Source: PVC group bacterium
GTDB taxonomy: Bacteria > GCA-001730085 > JADFSZ01
Length of the DNA: 9,189 nucleotides
Direction: 5' to 3'
Assembly: GCA_022560555.1 (NCBI GenBank)
Contig: JADFSZ010000059.1
Coordinates: 1 to 9,189, forward strand
Every line of letters starts with the position of its first letter. Position 1 is the first letter of the stretch. Shown here piece after piece: positions 6,595 through 9,189 of this stretch. The notes under the pieces were generated by a model that had not been told where the DNA came from, made no database searches, and saw only the letters and a program-made list of their open reading frames with translations. A program made the position numbers and the translations under genes.

Positions 6595-7515
6595 ATGTTG
6601 ATAGGGGACAAAAGCTTGAAAATACTCGTTGTGGATGACGAAAATGACCTTGCGGAGATGATTAAATCGGCCGTTGAGCTTAAGTACAAATCGGATGTTT
6701 TTACCGCTAAGAACGGTCAGGATGGCCTTGAAGTTATCCGCAAGAAGAAGCCCAGTTATGTCATCAGTGATATCATGATGCCGGATATGGATGGCTTAGA
6801 TATGCTCAGAAGTCTCAGGAGCGATGAAAATAACATACCTGTGATTTTTATATCAGCTTTTGTGGACATTGAGAACACGATGGAAGCCATTCGGCTCGGG
6901 GCGGCTGATTTTATAAGAAAGCCCTTCAAAATCCATGAGCTATATCATTCCTTAGACCGGCTCATTGAACTGGACAAGCCTCAAGAGCAATTTACGCAGC
7001 CTTTGTCAGCCCTTGGCAAAATGAACTGGGAATTCGCCACAAAGGACTTCAATGTCCAGGTGTTTGCAAGCCAGTTAGCTCAATTTGTCACGAAGAGCCA
7101 TACCATACCCATTCATGAGAAAAACTCATTTTATGTGGTTGTGTCTGAAGCACTGCTGAATGCCCGGGAGCATGGAAACCTGGAAATGAGGTCTCATGTC
7201 AAGGATGAAGATATGGCAGAATATGAGCGTTTGATGAGTGAGCGCTTGAGGAATCCGGTAATGGCTAATCGAAAGATTCATATTACTTTTGAGCATGCAA
7301 ATCGGGACATCAAAATAACAATATCAGATGAGGGGTCAGGATTTGATCATCGATTGATAGATTCGGAAGAATTTTATAGTCATGACAATCTCATGAAACA
7401 GCATGGCAAGGGATTGCTGATTGTTAAAAGTTATATGGACAGTGTCATATTTAACGATAAAGGAAACACTATTACGTTAATCAAATCTATAAAAAAACCT
7501 CCAAAAACCTTCTAA
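6595..7515 (+). CDS. Hybrid protein: N-terminal response-regulator receiver (REC) domain fused to an RsbW/SpoIIAB-like GHKL ATPase (anti-sigma-factor-type Ser/Thr kinase) domain
   Basis: REC: acidic pair ILVVDDEND, phospho-acceptor context YVISDIMMPDMDG, FISAF, conserved lysine in RKPF. C-terminal domain: N-box SEALLNAREHGN, G1 box ISDEGSGFD, G2-like HGKGLLIVKSYMD, ending NDKGNTITLIK. No DHp/H-box helix is visible, so this is not a classical histidine kinase. Confidence 0.8.
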   Translation: MLIGDKSLKILVVDDENDLAEMIKSAVELKYKSDVFTAKNGQDGLEVIRKKKPSYVISDIMMPDMDGLDMLRSLRSDENNIPVIFISAFVDIENTMEAIRLGAADFIRKPFKIHELYHSLDRLIELDKPQEQFTQPLSALGKMNWEFATKDFNVQVFASQLAQFVTKSHTIPIHEKNSFYVVVSEALLNAREHGNLEMRSHVKDEDMAEYERLMSERLRNPVMANRKIHITFEHANRDIKITISDEGSGFDHRLIDSEEFYSHDNLMKQHGKGLLIVKSYMDSVIFNDKGNTITLIKSIKKPPKTF

Positions 7516-7624
7516 AAAAGACCTTAAATATTCAAAATAAGAAGATATGAAAATTCTACTAAAAAGGTCATGGTCACAATTAGATATTCCTCTCATTCAA
7601 TTAAATTCCTAATTTAGAGTGTTT

Positions 7625-8191
7625 ATGAAGATTGTACAGGAAAGTATTAATAAGAAAGAGTTATTTGAGATGGCTCAGACAACATTTGGGGACATGGTCA
7701 AAGCTGTTATCGATGTCGCACTTGAAGAATTGGCCGTAGATGCGGAGCTTAATTCGGACTTGGAGGCTTTATTTTTAGAGCAGGGTTCAAAGCGAAAAAA
7801 TCTGTGGGGCATCAATCTCTATCCTGAATTAGAGAGTCCTGAATTTATCGAATTTGACTCAATGATTAATATCCGTCCCTCGCAAGGAAATCGAAGTAGA
7901 GAAGTCGAAAACAAGGAAATTCGCGAAAAAATCGTAAATATTATCAATGAGAATGTGGAACAAATGACTGCTTATCATGAGAAGCTAGCCTTGGGGGGAT
8001 GGCAGAAAATGTCCTTTATGACCCAATTGGCAAACATTGGGAGTGAAGTCGAGCGAGCGATTAAATGGCGCGAAAAGAAAAATATACCCTATAGTCAAAG
8101 AGCGGCTGAGCGAGCACTTGAACTTATAGATTTAACTTTAGAATCCACAAAAAAGATATCCCGCCTTAAAGAAAAGAGGTGGCACGTATGA
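7625..8191 (+). CDS. DUF5674-like domain (about 7625-7960) fused in frame to the N-terminal ~75 aa of a second small helical protein (from ATG 7964); the frame ends prematurely at TGA 8189-8191
   Basis: The N-terminal half (FGDMVKAVIDV..., QGSKRKNLWGINLYPE, FIEFDSMINIRPSQGNRSREVENKEIREKI) matches my recollection of the DUF5674 family. The second half (MTAYHEKLALGGWQKMSFMTQLANIGSEVERAIKWREKKN...ALELIDLTLE...SRLKE) resembles a hypothetical-protein family that I recall being about 120 aa. I prefer ATG 7625 over the track start at 7619, which is a GTG. Family calls are from memory and not searched. Confidence 0.6.
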   Translation: MKIVQESINKKELFEMAQTTFGDMVKAVIDVALEELAVDAELNSDLEALFLEQGSKRKNLWGINLYPELESPEFIEFDSMINIRPSQGNRSREVENKEIREKIVNIINENVEQMTAYHEKLALGGWQKMSFMTQLANIGSEVERAIKWREKKNIPYSQRAAERALELIDLTLESTKKISRLKEKRWHV

Positions 8192-8325
8192 GAGAATTAT
8201 TTGTTGATGATTTGTTCGATAAAAACAGCTATCATTCCACACCGGCCCAATGGAACAAGTATTTTCTAGCAATTACTTGCGCTGCCCGCTTAGAGAAAAA
8301 TAGTGTGCAAGTTAATTCTCAATAA
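8188..8325 (+). CDS. C-terminal remainder (45 aa) of the helical protein, displaced into the -1 frame; either a pseudogene fragment, a frameshift product or a coupled mini-ORF
   Basis: ATG 8188 overlaps the upstream stop as ATGA. This frame is open from 8170 (RKEVARMRELFVDDLFDKNSYHSTPAQWNKYFLAITCAARLEK...). It continues the upstream ...SRLKE sequence the way I recall intact family members doing (RLKE..aR.RE.f.D.Ff..N.Y...p..w.kYF..f..AAR). Confidence 0.5.
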   Translation: MRELFVDDLFDKNSYHSTPAQWNKYFLAITCAARLEKNSVQVNSQ

Positions 8326-8379
8326 TCATTCCTGACAACACTTTTTGCGATCACTCCGAGGATAATTTCCGCGTATTAA

Positions 8380-8403
8380 AGGATTTAACCTATCCTAATT
8401 TTT
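8380..8403 (+). terminator. Weak candidate intrinsic terminator after the split gene
   Basis: AGGAT (8380-8384) pairs with ATCCT (8392-8396) across a 7-nt loop, followed by AATTTTT (8397-8403). The stem is only 5 bp and AT-rich. Confidence 0.2.
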
Positions 8404-8475
8404 GATCAGTTATGAGTGGTATGTAGAAGAGAAGTGACGCTTAGACTTTTTCAGCCATAGATCAAGAAAGCTTTA

Positions 8476-8514
8476 TTGGATAAACATCGCTACAAATGTT
8501 ATAATTTATAACAT
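8476..8514 (+). promoter_or_regulatory. Candidate promoter with an overlapping palindromic operator for the small-ORF/nucleotidyltransferase cassette
   Basis: TTGGAT (8476-8481), an 18-nt spacer, then consensus TATAAT (8500-8505). A perfect inverted repeat ATGTTATAA-T-TTATAACAT spans 8496-8514 and covers the -10. It ends 53 nt upstream of ATG 8568. Confidence 0.45.
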
Positions 8515-8567
8515 GTTGTAAAGCTTACAAGGCTATAGCTCGATAATCAAAATGGGATAATGATGTC

Positions 8568-8765
8568 ATGATAAATCGCAATCAAGCCAAATTGCTCAGT
8601 AAATTCAATCGGGAAATGATAGCCAATGAAAAGCGGACTTACCGGGCTTCTTTGAAGATATTTAAGATGCTTTACAAGGAATACCTTCAAATTGGCATCA
8701 AAACACCTCCCTTAAAAGATATGCAAACCTCTATCCGGATCGCAAAAATCTTGAATAGCCTATAA
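8568..8765 (+). CDS. Small (65 aa) basic, predicted all-helical protein; putative partner (antitoxin-like or regulator) of the downstream nucleotidyltransferase
   Basis: The ORF stop TAA (8763-8765) is separated by a single nucleotide from the next ATG (8767), implying translational coupling. I see no recognisable DNA-binding motif. The partner function is inferred from gene context only. Confidence 0.5.
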   Translation: MINRNQAKLLSKFNREMIANEKRTYRASLKIFKMLYKEYLQIGIKTPPLKDMQTSIRIAKILNSL

Positions 8766-8766
8766 A

Positions 8767-9189
8767 ATGGAATCCCTGCTTTGTAAAATAGCGCAGCAAC
8801 TCGACAAGAAAAATGTGCCATATATGCTGATAGGGGGACAAGCTGTCCTTGTATACGGTCGCCCGCGTTTGACCGATGATATCGATATCACGCTTGGCGT
8901 AGATATTGACCAGTTAGGCGATATTCAATCCATATCTAAATCCCTTAAATTCGGCCAATTAGTGCGAAATGTGCCGAAGTTTGTTCGGGATACCAATGTT
9001 TATCCGGTCAAGGATAAGGTCTCCGGAATACGCATTGATTTTATATTTTCTAATTCCATCTATGAAAAACAGGCCATCAAAAGAGCCAAGAAAATAAAGC
9101 TAAATGAATATAACATAAAATTCGCATCCGTCGAAGATGTTATCATACATAAAATCTTTTCTTCTAGGGCCATAGATCTGGAAGATATA
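8767..9189 (+). CDS. Minimal Pol-beta-superfamily nucleotidyltransferase (AbiEii/DUF2204/DUF6036-like class), 3' end truncated by the window
   Basis: This ORF is absent from the supplied track because it has no stop: ATG 8767 is open for 141 codons to the window edge. NTase signature LIGGQAVLVYGRPRLTDDIDI (GG-x12-DDxD) plus a third acidic strand GIRIDFIF. The C-terminal visible part, ASVEDVIIHKIFSSRAIDLEDI, is typical of this small NTase class. Confidence 0.8.
   Translation, partial: MESLLCKIAQQLDKKNVPYMLIGGQAVLVYGRPRLTDDIDITLGVDIDQLGDIQSISKSLKFGQLVRNVPKFVRDTNVYPVKDKVSGIRIDFIFSNSIYEKQAIKRAKKIKLNEYNIKFASVEDVIIHKIFSSRAIDLEDI

Noticed and set aside
7516-7618. GACCTT (7521-7526) pairing with AAGGTC (7564-7569) as a terminator after the REC-kinase gene
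   Set aside because: The stem is 6 bp with a loop of about 37 nt and no T-tract, so it is not a credible intrinsic terminator.
7619-7624. GTG 7619 as the start of the DUF5674-like gene
   Set aside because: ATG 7625 gives MKIVQE..., which matches the usual N-terminus of the family as I recall it. Neither start has a strong Shine-Dalgarno sequence, so this remains a preference rather than a proof.

Overview
All supported genes are on the + strand, and the window splits into two parts. Positions 263-6186 are a tightly packed housekeeping block: an SDR-type nucleotide-sugar epimerase overlapping a large-cap HAD phosphatase by ATGA, then lysS, dnaX (gamma/tau) overlapping ybaB/ebfC by ATGA, then yajC. 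A dyad-symmetric array of degenerate heptamer repeats (97-261) runs up to the epimerase start codon. After yajC the character changes. A 408-bp gap (6187-6594) has no intact long ORF. It is followed by an orphan receiver-domain protein fused to an RsbW/SpoIIAB-like ATPase/kinase domain (6595-7515). Next is a DUF5674-like domain fused in frame to a second small helical protein, whose reading frame is broken by a 1-nt shift at 8170-8190 (7625-8325). Last is a two-gene cassette of a 65-aa helical protein and a minimal Pol-beta-type nucleotidyltransferase (8568->9189, cut by the window edge), sitting behind a perfect palindrome that covers a consensus -10. I see no rRNA, tRNA, CRISPR array or recognisable transposase. 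All family assignments come from motifs read by eye and recalled family signatures. No database search was run. The best candidates for something undescribed are the right-hand accessory segment (6187-9189) and the heptamer array at the left edge.
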